NCBI GenBank assembly: GCA_017461745.1
Contig: JAFTXE010000018.1
Span: 564 to 64,563, forward strand
DNA length: 64,000 nt
Source of the DNA: Clostridia bacterium
GTDB taxonomy: Bacteria; Bacillota; Clostridia; Oscillospirales; CAG-272
Direction of reading: 5' to 3'
Of the stretch, positions 54,418 through 63,818 are shown in pieces. Under the pieces are notes generated by a model. That model was not told the DNA's origin, searched no databases, and saw only the letters and a list, made by a program, of their open reading frames with translations. The position numbers and the translations under genes were made by a program. The number at the start of each line of letters is the position of its first letter. Position 1 is the first letter of the stretch.

Positions 54418-55134
54418 TTACTGCTTGCGGGGGTCGATGTACTTAGCGGCGTCAGCAAATCTACCGTATGTACCCATCGACTTAGCGTATGCTTCGTTAG
54501 GCTCCATGCCCTTCTTGATAAAGTCGGTCATCTTGCCGAGAGAAACGAACTCGTAGCCGATAACCTGATCGTTCTCGTCAAGAGCCATTCTCGTGCAGTA
54601 GCCCTCTGTCATTTCGAGGTAACGAACGCCCTTAGCCTTGGTTCCGTACATAGTACCAACCATGGATCTCTCGCCCTTACCAAGATCCTCCATACCTGCT
54701 CCGATAACGAGACCGCCCTCGGAGAATGCGGACTGGCTACGGCCGTAAACTATCTGAAGGAACAGCTCTCTCATTGCGGTGTTGATAGCGTCGCAAACGA
54801 GGTCGGTGTTAAGAGCTTCAAGAAGCGTCTTACCGGGGAGTATCTCAGCAGCCATAGCTGCGGAGTGCGTCATACCGGAGCATCCGATGGTCTCAACGAG
54901 AGCTTCCTCGATGATACCGTTCTTAACGTTCAGAGAAAGCTTACAAGCTCCCTGCTGAGGCGCGCACCAGCCCACACCGTGAGTGTATGCGGAAATGTCG
55001 GTTATTTGCTTTGCCTGAACCCATTTGCCCTCTTCGGGAATGGGAGCGGGTCCGTGATCGGGGCCCTTAGCTACGGTACACATCTTCTGAACTTCAGCGC
55101 TCATTGCGTACTCGCAAGAAAATTCTTTGCTCAT
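54418..55134 (-). CDS. NifU-N/IscU-like iron-sulfur scaffold-domain protein
   Basis: 238 aa; conserved Cys in GWCAPQQGACKL and IGCSGMTHSAAMA. Confidence 0.65.
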   Translation of the reverse strand: MSKEFSCEYAMSAEVQKMCTVAKGPDHGPAPIPEEGKWVQAKQITDISAYTHGVGWCAPQQGACKLSLNVKNGIIEEALVETIGCSGMTHSAAMAAEILPGKTLLEALNTDLVCDAINTAMRELFLQIVYGRSQSAFSEGGLVIGAGMEDLGKGERSMVGTMYGTKAKGVRYLEMTEGYCTRMALDENDQVIGYEFVSLGKMTDFIKKGMEPNEAYAKSMGTYGRFADAAKYIDPRKQ

Positions 55135-55160
55135 TTTTGTATCTCCTTTAAATTAAAAAT

Positions 55161-55793
55161 TTAAAACTGTTTTATAAGCGGAATAGCTGCCTCGGCGTAT
55201 ATCTTGCCGATGAACATTCTGCCGTTATCGTTGGGGTGGACTCCGTCCTTTGAGTAGTAAAGAGGCTCGGGCTGAGTTTTCAGCGCCTCCTCAAAATGCT
55301 TATCAAGAGGAACGTAAACGTCCGCAAACTCCTCAGCAAGCTTTCTTACTATAGGAAGTCTTCTTTCAAGGTCGGCTCTCATTCCCTCAAACGGCTCTGC
55401 GTCGAGAAGGAAGGGGGAGAGCATTATTATTTTTGCGTTAGTCTCGTTACGAAGACGCTCGAGAATACAGCGATAGTTGAGAGCGAACTGCTCGTCCGTC
55501 GTTGCTATATGCTCGCCGCCGTATCGGTGCCAGATATCGTTGATACCTATGAGCACGGAAACTACGTCGGGCTGGAAAGCGATACCGTCTCTGTAAAGTC
55601 TGTCGAAAAGCTGGCTCGTGCGGTTTCCGCTTATTCCGAAATTGATAAATTCAAATTCTACGTCAGGGCAAGCAGCTGCAATAGCCTCGGACGCATACTT
55701 GGGATATCCGGGACCAACGTCGTGATAATTTCTTTTATCTCTACCTGCGTCGGTTATGCTGTCGCCTTGAAACAAAATTTTTATTTTTTTCAT
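55161..55793 (-). CDS. SGNH/GDSL family hydrolase
   Basis: 210 aa; ILFQGDSITDAG block I, GINDIW block III, DGVHPND block V. Confidence 0.8.
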   Translation of the reverse strand: MKKIKILFQGDSITDAGRDKRNYHDVGPGYPKYASEAIAAACPDVEFEFINFGISGNRTSQLFDRLYRDGIAFQPDVVSVLIGINDIWHRYGGEHIATTDEQFALNYRCILERLRNETNAKIIMLSPFLLDAEPFEGMRADLERRLPIVRKLAEEFADVYVPLDKHFEEALKTQPEPLYYSKDGVHPNDNGRMFIGKIYAEAAIPLIKQF

Positions 55794-55794
55794 T

Positions 55795-56364
55795 TTATTT
55801 AACTATTTCTCCGTAAACGGCGCCGAAAGCGCAAGCGGCATTTGACTCGTCGGTATCGATATGCATAGCAAGAGCGTAACTATCGCTTACTCTGACTACT
55901 ACGTCACCGAAAATAAGAGGACGAGCGGTATCAAGCTTAACGCCAACGATCTCCTTGTCCTTAACGCCGAAAACCTCAGCGTCTGCGGTTGTCATATGTA
56001 TATGACGCTTAGCGGCGATAACGCCTTCCTTAAGCTCAACCTTTCCGCAAGGTCCTTCGATGATACAGCCAACGCTTCCCGCGATATCACCCGATTCTCT
56101 TACGGGTACACCGCTAAGTCCTATAGTTCTTGCGTCGGTGAGCGAAAGCTCAACCTGATCCGCCGATCTCTCAGGGCCGAGAATACTTGCCTTAAGAGCG
56201 CCCTTAGGACCGATAACGGTTACCTTTTCAGCGCAAGCAAACTGACCGGGCTGACTGAGATCCTTCTTGTTTGTCAGAGCATATCCCTTACCGAAAAGGG
56301 TTTCAACCGTTTCTCTGGTAAGATGGACGTGTCTGGCAGATGTTTCAACCAAAAAATTTGCCAT
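55795..56364 (-). CDS. pduL: phosphate propanoyl/acyl-transferase PduL
   Basis: 189 aa; VETSARHVHL and second KRHIHM repeat typical of PduL. Confidence 0.85.
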   Translation of the reverse strand: MANFLVETSARHVHLTRETVETLFGKGYALTNKKDLSQPGQFACAEKVTVIGPKGALKASILGPERSADQVELSLTDARTIGLSGVPVRESGDIAGSVGCIIEGPCGKVELKEGVIAAKRHIHMTTADAEVFGVKDKEIVGVKLDTARPLIFGDVVVRVSDSYALAMHIDTDESNAACAFGAVYGEIVK

Positions 56365-56491
56365 TGTCTTTTCCCTCCATGAAATATTTTCACTCTAATA
56401 ATTATATCACATTTTTTTGTGATTGTAAAGATTTAATTCGGAGATTTATGTAAATAATATTAAAATAATGAAACTTTTAAGGAGAAAAAAG

Positions 56492-57172
56492 ATGTCTGAA
56501 AACAAAAAAAACGATAATTTTTCGGGAAATGAGTTAGATGCTATTGAAAAGAACGGCTCTGTAGTTACGGAAGGCGAGTCGGGCGTTATACATTGCCTAT
56601 CCATTATAGGTCAGGTCGAGGGGCATTATATACTTCCCGAGGGTCAGAAGGCTACCAAATACGAACATCTCATACCATTGCTCGTTTCCATTGAGGAGGA
56701 CAAAGCTATCGACGGCTTGCTGATAGTTCTCAATACGATGGGCGGGGACGTTGAGGCGGGGCTGGCGCTTGCCGAAATGATAGCTTCTATGAAAAAGCCG
56801 AGCGTTTCTTTGGTGCTCGGCGGCGGTCATTCCATAGGTGTTCCTCTTGCAACGTCTGCTAAAATGTCGTTTATAGTTCCTTCGGCGACTATGACAATAC
56901 ACCCCGTCCGTATTAACGGCTTGGTTGTGGGCGTTCCGCAGACCTTTCACTATTTTAATGAAATGCAAAGGCGGATAGTCGATTTTATTTGTAATCACTC
57001 GCACGCGTCTCCCGATAAAATAAATGAGCTGATGATGCGCCCCGACGAGCTCGCTACCGACGTCGGCTCAATAATCGACGGAGACGAGGCGGTAAAATAC
57101 GGCATAATCGACCGCGTAGGCGGGCTCTCCGACGCCCTTGAAGCACTTAGAAAAATGAGAGAAGATAGTTAG
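56492..57172 (+). CDS. ClpP/TepA-family protease-like protein
   Basis: 226 aa from MSENKK (AAGGAG RBS); LNTMGGDVEAGLA, TIHPV pattern. Confidence 0.7.
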   Translation: MSENKKNDNFSGNELDAIEKNGSVVTEGESGVIHCLSIIGQVEGHYILPEGQKATKYEHLIPLLVSIEEDKAIDGLLIVLNTMGGDVEAGLALAEMIASMKKPSVSLVLGGGHSIGVPLATSAKMSFIVPSATMTIHPVRINGLVVGVPQTFHYFNEMQRRIVDFICNHSHASPDKINELMMRPDELATDVGSIIDGDEAVKYGIIDRVGGLSDALEALRKMREDS

Positions 57173-57236
57173 AAAGTCAGTTTGTGATGAATAACGACGC
57201 AATTGGGGGCTTCCTTTTACGGAAAGCCCCCAATTG
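57173..57236 (+). repeat. post-stop-codon head motif + hairpin (R1-type head, copy D)
   Basis: AAAGTCAGTTTGTGATGA... then GGGGGCTTCC-TTTTAC-GGAAAGCCCCC. Confidence 0.6.
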
Positions 57237-57279
57237 TTAGCACTTATATTGAGATTGCCGCGCTCGCGTGGAATAACAT

Positions 57280-57477
57280 GGGACGCGGGGGACGCGGGGG
57301 ACGCGATTTCCGCTTTTTTGAAAAAAAGCTTGGCAAAAAACTTCCTTGCTGGGCTGTAGCCCGCTTAAACATATATAATTCCAAGAATAGCTTAGTCGGG
57401 CTACAACCCGGCAAGAAAGCTTTTGCGGAGCTTTTCTCGAAAAGCGACAACGCGTCCCCCCGCGTCCCCCGCGTCCC
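57280..57477. repeat. about 200-bp palindromic element, family R2, copy D
   Basis: GGGACGCG(GGGGACGCG)2 termini in inverted orientation; arms and central 19-bp stem; homologous to 61728..61888 in the opposite orientation. Confidence 0.75.
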
Positions 57478-57486
57478 TCGCTACAA

Positions 57487-58722
57487 TTATCCCTTGCTAT
57501 TAGCCAGCATAAGTTTAATTCTGTTTTCCTGATTAACTGCGGTAGCGCCTGCGTCGTAGTCTATGGCGACGATATTTATATTGGGGTTCTTTTCTTTTAT
57601 AGGTTTCATCATTCCTTTACCGCAGATATGGTTAGGAAGGCAACCGAAGGGCTGAGTGCAGACGATATTTGGAATGCCTTTATCCGCAAGCTCCAGCATT
57701 TCTGCTGTGAGAAGCCAACCCTCGCCCATTTTCGTACCTATACCGATATAGCCTTGTACCAAGGAAACGGTATGAGTGAAGGGAGTGGGAGGCTCGAAAT
57801 CGGAATTGGCTTTGACTATGTCTATAATATCTCTCTGCTTCGATAGCACGAACTTATATACTATCTTATAGGCGTGATAGGTCTTTTTATTCAGCCCGTA
57901 GATCTTATAGTCCATAAGACTGTTATAAATGCAATAAAGACAGAAGTCAACGAGTCCCGGGACTGTGACCTCAGCGCCCTCGTTTACGAGAAATTCCTCA
58001 AGATTATTGTTGGCGAGGGGGGAATACTTCACGAATATTTCGCCGACGACACCGACCTTGACTTTCTTTATCTCCGCTCTCGGAATGTTTCTGAAGCTCT
58101 CGACAATCTTTGCGTAGTTTTCCTTGACCTTCTTATAAGACATCTTACCCGAGGTCATTTCGTTTGCAAGTCTGTCCGTCCATTCTTCAGAGAGGCGCTG
58201 AGCCTCGCCCTTTTTCATTTCGTAGGGCGTGCATTGATTGCGCAGCAGCATGAGCAGGTCTGCGTACAGCACGGCGTACATCATACGGTAGAGCATAGGG
58301 AGCGTAAGCTTGAAGCCCGGGTGCTGTTCAAGTCCTGAAAAGCTAAATGAGATAACGGGAACGTGAGCGTAGCCAGCCTTGGCGAGCGCCTTTCTTATAA
58401 GGTTTATGTAGTTTGAGGCTCGACAGCCGCCGCCCGTCTGGAACATTATAAGAGCGACCTTGTCGGTATCGTATTTGCCGCTTTGCAGTGCGTCTATAAA
58501 CTGACCTATAACAAGTATGGCGGGATAGCAGGTATCGTTGTGGCAATAGCGCAGCCCCGTATCCTTTATGCGCTGTCCTTGTGTGAGTAAAAGCTCGGTA
58601 TTGAAGCCGTAGTTGTTAAAAACCTTGGAAATGAGCGTGAAATGCATGGGAAGCATATTAGGAATAAGTATGGTGTAATCCTTTTTCATTTCTTCGGTGA
58701 AGGGAATGTATTTCTGTTCCAT
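57487..58722 (-). CDS. 2-hydroxyacyl-CoA dehydratase-family protein (substrate unknown)
   Basis: 411 aa from MEQKYIPFT (AAGGAGG RBS); CHNDTCYP, FQTGGGCRASNY motifs. Confidence 0.7.
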   Translation of the reverse strand: MEQKYIPFTEEMKKDYTILIPNMLPMHFTLISKVFNNYGFNTELLLTQGQRIKDTGLRYCHNDTCYPAILVIGQFIDALQSGKYDTDKVALIMFQTGGGCRASNYINLIRKALAKAGYAHVPVISFSFSGLEQHPGFKLTLPMLYRMMYAVLYADLLMLLRNQCTPYEMKKGEAQRLSEEWTDRLANEMTSGKMSYKKVKENYAKIVESFRNIPRAEIKKVKVGVVGEIFVKYSPLANNNLEEFLVNEGAEVTVPGLVDFCLYCIYNSLMDYKIYGLNKKTYHAYKIVYKFVLSKQRDIIDIVKANSDFEPPTPFTHTVSLVQGYIGIGTKMGEGWLLTAEMLELADKGIPNIVCTQPFGCLPNHICGKGMMKPIKEKNPNINIVAIDYDAGATAVNQENRIKLMLANSKG

Positions 58723-58732
58723 TGTCGCCTCC

Positions 58733-61663
58733 TTACTGCTCAAGCGCGCCTATAAGACTACGCAGTCTTATTTTTACCGCTCCGAGATTAGTTATTTCGT
58801 CTATCTTTATTTGAGTGTAGAATTTACCCTTTTCCTCAAGAATGGAGCGAACCTCATCAGTCGTAATAGCGTCAACTCCGCAACCGAAGGAAACGAGCTG
58901 AACAAGCTCGACATCCTTGTTCTCTGCGGCAAATCGTGCCGCACGGTAAAGACGCGCGTGATACGTCCACTGATTAAGCACCTTGACATCCTGATGCTCG
59001 GCAAGATGGCATACGCTGTCCTCGCTGACGACGGCAAAGCCAAGGGATGCGGCAAGCTTGTCAATTCCGTGACCTATCTCAGAGTCAACGTGATAAGGTC
59101 TGCCCGCAAGAATCATTATTCTCGCTCCGCGCTCTCTTGCCCAGGCAATTGCTCTTTCGCCCGCGGCTTTAACTGCTTTCATGTATTTTTCATAAGCCTC
59201 AAAGCCCTTGGAGATAGCTTTCTTTATTTCTTTTATGGATATCTTGTTGAAATGAGGAGCAAGATAGCTGTAAAGCTCTTTGGCAAGCTCACGGCGGTTG
59301 TTTATGTTAAGATAGGGGTAAAGGAAGTTGGTATTCGACAAAGACTCCATATTACCGCCAAGAAGCTCGGAATAATAAGCTACGACGGGACAGTTGTAGT
59401 GATTGTCGGAGTCTCCCTCGTCCACGTTGTACGTAAGACACGGATAGAATATTGCGTCAACTCCGTCCTCAACGAGCTCCTCGACGTGACCGTGCATTAT
59501 CTTTGCAGGATAGCAGGCGGTGTCCGAGGGAATGGAGAACTGTCCCTTCTCATAGGTACGCTTGGTTGACATTTTTGACACCTTGACGTTGAAACCGAGG
59601 GAATCAAAGATACCATGCCAAAGCGGAAGCAGCTCGTACATTCCAAGAGCAAGAGGAAGACCTATCGTGCCTTTTGCGTCCTTTTTAGGCTCGCTTGAAA
59701 GGGCAGTGAGGTAATCGCGCTTGAACTTGTGCAGATTGGGCGCTTGCTCGTCAGAAACCTTGAGTCCGAGCCCCTTTTCACATTGGTTGCCCGAAATGAA
59801 TTTCTTACCGCTTGAGAAGGTGTTGACCGTGAGGTGACAGTTGTTGGTACAGCCACGGCAGGTGGTTGACTTGGACGTGTGAACGAAGCTGTCAAGCTCC
59901 TTGGGCGAGATGATAGTAGAGCTTTCAAGCTTCATTGAACGAAGCGCCGCGCCGTATGCCCCCATAAGTCCCGCAATTGAAGGACGAATGACGTTTATGC
60001 CAAGCTCCTGCTCAAAGGCGCGAAGAACGGCGTCGTTATAGAAAGTACCACCCTGAACGACGATGTGCTTTCCAAGCTCGTCAGGGGTCGTAGCGCGTAT
60101 TACCTTATAGATAGCGTTCTTTACGACGCTCACGGAAAGTCCTGCGGAAATGTCCTCAACCGTAGCGCCGTCGCGCTGTGACTGCTTAACGGAGGAGTTC
60201 ATAAAAACGGTGCAGCGGCTGCCGAGATTTACGGGTGCGGGGCTGAAAAGTCCCTTCTTTGCAAACTCGTCAATGGAATATCCCATGGAGCGAGCAAATG
60301 TCTCTATAAACGAGCCGCAGCCCGAGGAGCAAGCCTCGTTGAGCATTATGCTGTCGATAGCTCCGTTCTTTATGTGGAAGCACTTGATATCCTGACCGCC
60401 GATATCGAGAATGAAATCAACCTCGGGAAGAAAGTGCTTTGCGGCGGTATAGTGCGCTATGGTCTCAACAAGACCGAGGTCAACGCCGAAGGCGTTTTGT
60501 ATAAGCTCCTCGCCGTAGCCCGTAACGGCACTGCCGCAAATTTTGATGCGGTCGCCACAAAGACCGTAAATGTGACGAAGCTGTTCCTTGACTATTTCGA
60601 CGGGATTACCGCGGTTGGAGCTGTAGTAGGAATAAAGTATTTCCTTATCAGCGGAGAGAAGCACTATTTTCGTTGTCGTGCTACCGCAGTCAATGCCGAG
60701 ATAAGCCTTTCCGCTGTAGGTGGAAATATCTTTTTCGGAGACGGACGCGCCTGCGTGTCTCGCTCTGAACTCGGCGTATTCCTCACGACCCTCAAACAGA
60801 GGAGAAAGTCTGCCCGTGTTGACGCTGGCGGAAATGCTTGATACTATTTTCTCGGAAAGAGTATCAATGTCGGTGAATTTAGCCGCCTTTACGGCGTAAT
60901 AGGAAGCGCCGAGAGCTACGGCAAAGCGAGCGTATTCGGGGAATACCGCATTCTCGTTGGATAGTCCAAGCGTTTCCTTGAAGCGTTGGCGCAGACCTTG
61001 ACAGTAGTATAGAGGTCCGCCGAGAAAGAGAACCTTGCCTCGTATCTTGCGTCCCTGAGCAAGTCCCGCAATGGTCTGATTGACCACGGCTTGATAAATG
61101 CTCGCGGCGACGTCCTCCTTCTTTGCTCCTTGGTTGAGAAGCGGCTGAACGTCGGTCTTGGCAAACACTCCGCAACGTGAGGCGATAGGGTATATTTTGC
61201 TGTGGTTCAGGCTGAGAGCGTCCATCTCGTCAACGCTCATATCAAGAAGCGTTGCCATCTGGTCGATAAAAGCGCCCGTGCCGCCTGCACAGCTACCGTT
61301 CATTCGCTCGTCAGTACCGCCCTCGAAGAACAGTATTTTAGCGTCCTCGCCGCCGAGCTCTATGACGGCGGAGGTCTCGGGCTCAAGCGTCTTTACGACC
61401 TCGCCCGTAGCGAATACCTCTTGAACGAAGGGAATACCGCAAGCCTCGGCAAGACCGAGCCCCGCAGAGCCCGAGAGAGCAACGCAGAACTGCTTGCCGC
61501 CAAGAAGCGGCCGCATTTCCTCAAGCATTTCAAGGGACTTTTTGCGTACCTCTGCCATGTGCCTTTCATATTTTTCGTAAATTACTTTGTCATTCTCACG
61601 CAAGACGGTTTTTACTGTTGTAGAACCAATATCGATTCCGAGAGAGTATATTATTTCTTGCAT
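58733..61663 (-). CDS. CoA-substrate-specific enzyme activase-related protein (two BcrAD/BadFG ATPase domains + C-terminal domain)
   Basis: 976 aa; two LGIDIGSTT/LGIDCGSTTTK actin-fold ATPase starts; Cys motifs. Confidence 0.8.
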   Translation of the reverse strand: MQEIIYSLGIDIGSTTVKTVLRENDKVIYEKYERHMAEVRKKSLEMLEEMRPLLGGKQFCVALSGSAGLGLAEACGIPFVQEVFATGEVVKTLEPETSAVIELGGEDAKILFFEGGTDERMNGSCAGGTGAFIDQMATLLDMSVDEMDALSLNHSKIYPIASRCGVFAKTDVQPLLNQGAKKEDVAASIYQAVVNQTIAGLAQGRKIRGKVLFLGGPLYYCQGLRQRFKETLGLSNENAVFPEYARFAVALGASYYAVKAAKFTDIDTLSEKIVSSISASVNTGRLSPLFEGREEYAEFRARHAGASVSEKDISTYSGKAYLGIDCGSTTTKIVLLSADKEILYSYYSSNRGNPVEIVKEQLRHIYGLCGDRIKICGSAVTGYGEELIQNAFGVDLGLVETIAHYTAAKHFLPEVDFILDIGGQDIKCFHIKNGAIDSIMLNEACSSGCGSFIETFARSMGYSIDEFAKKGLFSPAPVNLGSRCTVFMNSSVKQSQRDGATVEDISAGLSVSVVKNAIYKVIRATTPDELGKHIVVQGGTFYNDAVLRAFEQELGINVIRPSIAGLMGAYGAALRSMKLESSTIISPKELDSFVHTSKSTTCRGCTNNCHLTVNTFSSGKKFISGNQCEKGLGLKVSDEQAPNLHKFKRDYLTALSSEPKKDAKGTIGLPLALGMYELLPLWHGIFDSLGFNVKVSKMSTKRTYEKGQFSIPSDTACYPAKIMHGHVEELVEDGVDAIFYPCLTYNVDEGDSDNHYNCPVVAYYSELLGGNMESLSNTNFLYPYLNINNRRELAKELYSYLAPHFNKISIKEIKKAISKGFEAYEKYMKAVKAAGERAIAWARERGARIMILAGRPYHVDSEIGHGIDKLAASLGFAVVSEDSVCHLAEHQDVKVLNQWTYHARLYRAARFAAENKDVELVQLVSFGCGVDAITTDEVRSILEEKGKFYTQIKIDEITNLGAVKIRLRSLIGALEQ

Positions 61664-61727
61664 ATAAAAATTTCCTTATTTTATTAGTTTTGTGGCAAAC
61701 AAAAGTTGTGATTTGTAGTGATGCAAG

Positions 61728-61888
61728 GGGACGCGTTGTCGCTTTTCGAGAAAAGCTCCGCAAAAGCTTTCTTGCATGGTGGTAGCCCTTTATATTGCTT
61801 ATATATTTTAAGAACAGCTTTAAGGGCTACCACTATGCAAGGAAGTTTTTTGCCAAGCTTTTTTTCAAAAAAGCGGAAATCGCGTCCC
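61728..61888. repeat. about 160-bp palindromic element, family R2, copy E
   Basis: GGGACGCGTTGTCGCTTTTCGAGAAAAGCTCCGC...GCGGAAATCGCGTCCC; central stem CTTGCATGGTGGTAGCCC/GGGCTACCACTATGCAAG. Confidence 0.75.
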
Positions 61889-61925
61889 TTCGCATCCCCT
61901 AAAAATCATAATTTGAAATCTGTCC

Positions 61926-63818
61926 TTACTCCAGCTCAAACGCTCCCGTATAGAGCTGATAGTATTTGCCCTTTTCGGAAATGAGCTTATCGTGGTTGCC
62001 GCGCTCGATTATCTCGCCGTGCTCAAGCACCATGATAACGTCGGAGTTTCTGACTGTCGAGAGACGGTGGGCGATAACGAATACCGTTCTGCCCTTCATG
62101 AGAGCGTCCATTCCTTGCTGAACGAGCGCCTCGGTACGAGTGTCTATGGACGAGGTAGCCTCGTCAAGAATCATAACGGGCGGGTCTGCAACTGCGGCTC
62201 TCGCAATGGATATGAGCTGACGCTGTCCTTGCGAAAGATTTGCTCCGTTTGCGGTGAGCATTGTGTCGTAGCCGTCGGGAAGACGGGTAATAAAGCTATC
62301 CGCGTTGGCAAGCTTTGCCGCGGCGATACATTCCTCGTCAGTGGCATCAAGCTTTCCGTAACGAATGTTTTCCATTACTGTACCCGTAAATAGATTGGTG
62401 TCCTGAAGAACTATGCCGAGTGAGCGGCGAAGGTCTGCCTTCTTTATCTTGTTGATGTTAATGCCGTCGTAGCGTATCTTTCCGTCGTCGATATCATAGA
62501 AGCGGTTGATAAGATTGGTTATCGTCGTCTTGCCCGCTCCCGTAGCGCCGACGAACGCTACCTTTTGTCCGGGCTCTGCATAGAGCGTGACGTTCTTGAG
62601 CACCGTCTTTTCGGGAACGTAGCCAAAGTCCATGTCAACTATACGGACGTCGCCCATAAGCTTCGTGTAGGTGACCGTTCCGTCGCCGTGGGGGTGCTTC
62701 CACGCCCAAGTGCCCGTTCTTTCCGTACATTCAAATATCTCGCCGTTTTCTTCCTTAGCGTTGACGAGCGTTACGTAGCCCTCATCCTTCTCGGGTTCTT
62801 CGTCAAGAAGCTCGAATATACGCTTAGCGCCTGCCATAGCCATGACGATGGCGTTCATCTGCTGAGATACCTGACTTACGTTGTTGGTAAACTGACGGGT
62901 CATGTTAAGGAAGGGAACGACTACAGCAATTCCCATTGCCTGACCTGAGAGGGAGACGTTTGAGACGTTTCCGCTGACTATGAGAAGTCCGCCGACGAAG
63001 GCAACCATAACGTAAAGAATGTTACCGATATTACCCATTATAGGCATTAGAATGTTTGCGAAGCGGTGCGCGTTTGTGGCGTCGTGGCAAAGCTGCTCGT
63101 TGACCTTGTCGAAATCCGCCTCGCTCTGCTGCTCGTGGCAGAATACCTTGATTACCTTCTGTCCCTCCATCATTTCCTCAACGAAGCCCTCGCTCTTTGC
63201 AATGGACTTCTGCATCTTGATGAAGTGCTTTGCGCTGTTGCCGCCTATCTTCTTGGTTACGAGTACCATAGCGACGCTTGCAACGGCAACTACCAACGCC
63301 ATCCATGCGCTCAGATAAAGCATATAGAATACAAGGAAAATAAGTATCAGTCCCGAGCTTACTATCTGAGGAATGGTTCTTGAGATAAGCTCTCGGAGAG
63401 TGTCGATATCGTTGGTGTAATAGGACATGATATCGCCGTGTGGGTGAGTGTCGAAATATCGGAGGGGGAGCTCCTGCATTTTGGAGAACATACGCTTGCG
63501 CATACTGTTCATGAAGCTCTGCGTCGTTATCGCCATGGTGCGAGTGTGAATGAAGGAGGCTACCCAGCCGACAGCGTATATCGAAAGCATTACTCCGATA
63601 GCGAGATAGACGCGTCCGCTTACTGCGCTCCAACCGCTGACGAGACCCTCGTCGATGAGGTTTATAAACAGGTTCATGAAGAAGCTTGCGATGGTGGAGG
63701 CGAGAGCGGTCAGAATGATGCATACGATAACCACTATCAGCGGCTTTTTGTAGTCCTTGAATAAAAGCTTAAGTAAGCGTCCGAGAACACCCTTGTTTTT
63801 TGGTCTTGCGTTTTTCAT
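61926..63818 (-). CDS. ABC exporter, fused permease/ATPase
   Basis: 630 aa; Walker A GATGAGKTT, signature LSQGQRQL, Walker B ILDEATSS. Confidence 0.9.
   Translation of the reverse strand: MKNARPKNKGVLGRLLKLLFKDYKKPLIVVIVCIILTALASTIASFFMNLFINLIDEGLVSGWSAVSGRVYLAIGVMLSIYAVGWVASFIHTRTMAITTQSFMNSMRKRMFSKMQELPLRYFDTHPHGDIMSYYTNDIDTLRELISRTIPQIVSSGLILIFLVFYMLYLSAWMALVVAVASVAMVLVTKKIGGNSAKHFIKMQKSIAKSEGFVEEMMEGQKVIKVFCHEQQSEADFDKVNEQLCHDATNAHRFANILMPIMGNIGNILYVMVAFVGGLLIVSGNVSNVSLSGQAMGIAVVVPFLNMTRQFTNNVSQVSQQMNAIVMAMAGAKRIFELLDEEPEKDEGYVTLVNAKEENGEIFECTERTGTWAWKHPHGDGTVTYTKLMGDVRIVDMDFGYVPEKTVLKNVTLYAEPGQKVAFVGATGAGKTTITNLINRFYDIDDGKIRYDGININKIKKADLRRSLGIVLQDTNLFTGTVMENIRYGKLDATDEECIAAAKLANADSFITRLPDGYDTMLTANGANLSQGQRQLISIARAAVADPPVMILDEATSSIDTRTEALVQQGMDALMKGRTVFVIAHRLSTVRNSDVIMVLEHGEIIERGNHDKLISEKGKYYQLYTGAFELE

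Noticed and set aside
57280-57305. Short tandem GGGGACGC units, and the TCTTCAC tract at 29441..29475, considered as a possible CRISPR array
   Set aside because: The units are 7-9 bp with no spacers of CRISPR size, there are no cas genes, and they are parts of palindromic elements.
57244-57450. Small ORFs sharing the peptide FEKSSAKAFL...GSFLPSFFSKKRKSRP (also 61718..61984)
   Set aside because: They lie entirely inside the palindromic R2 repeat copies. They have no RBS, and the similarity is DNA-repeat driven.
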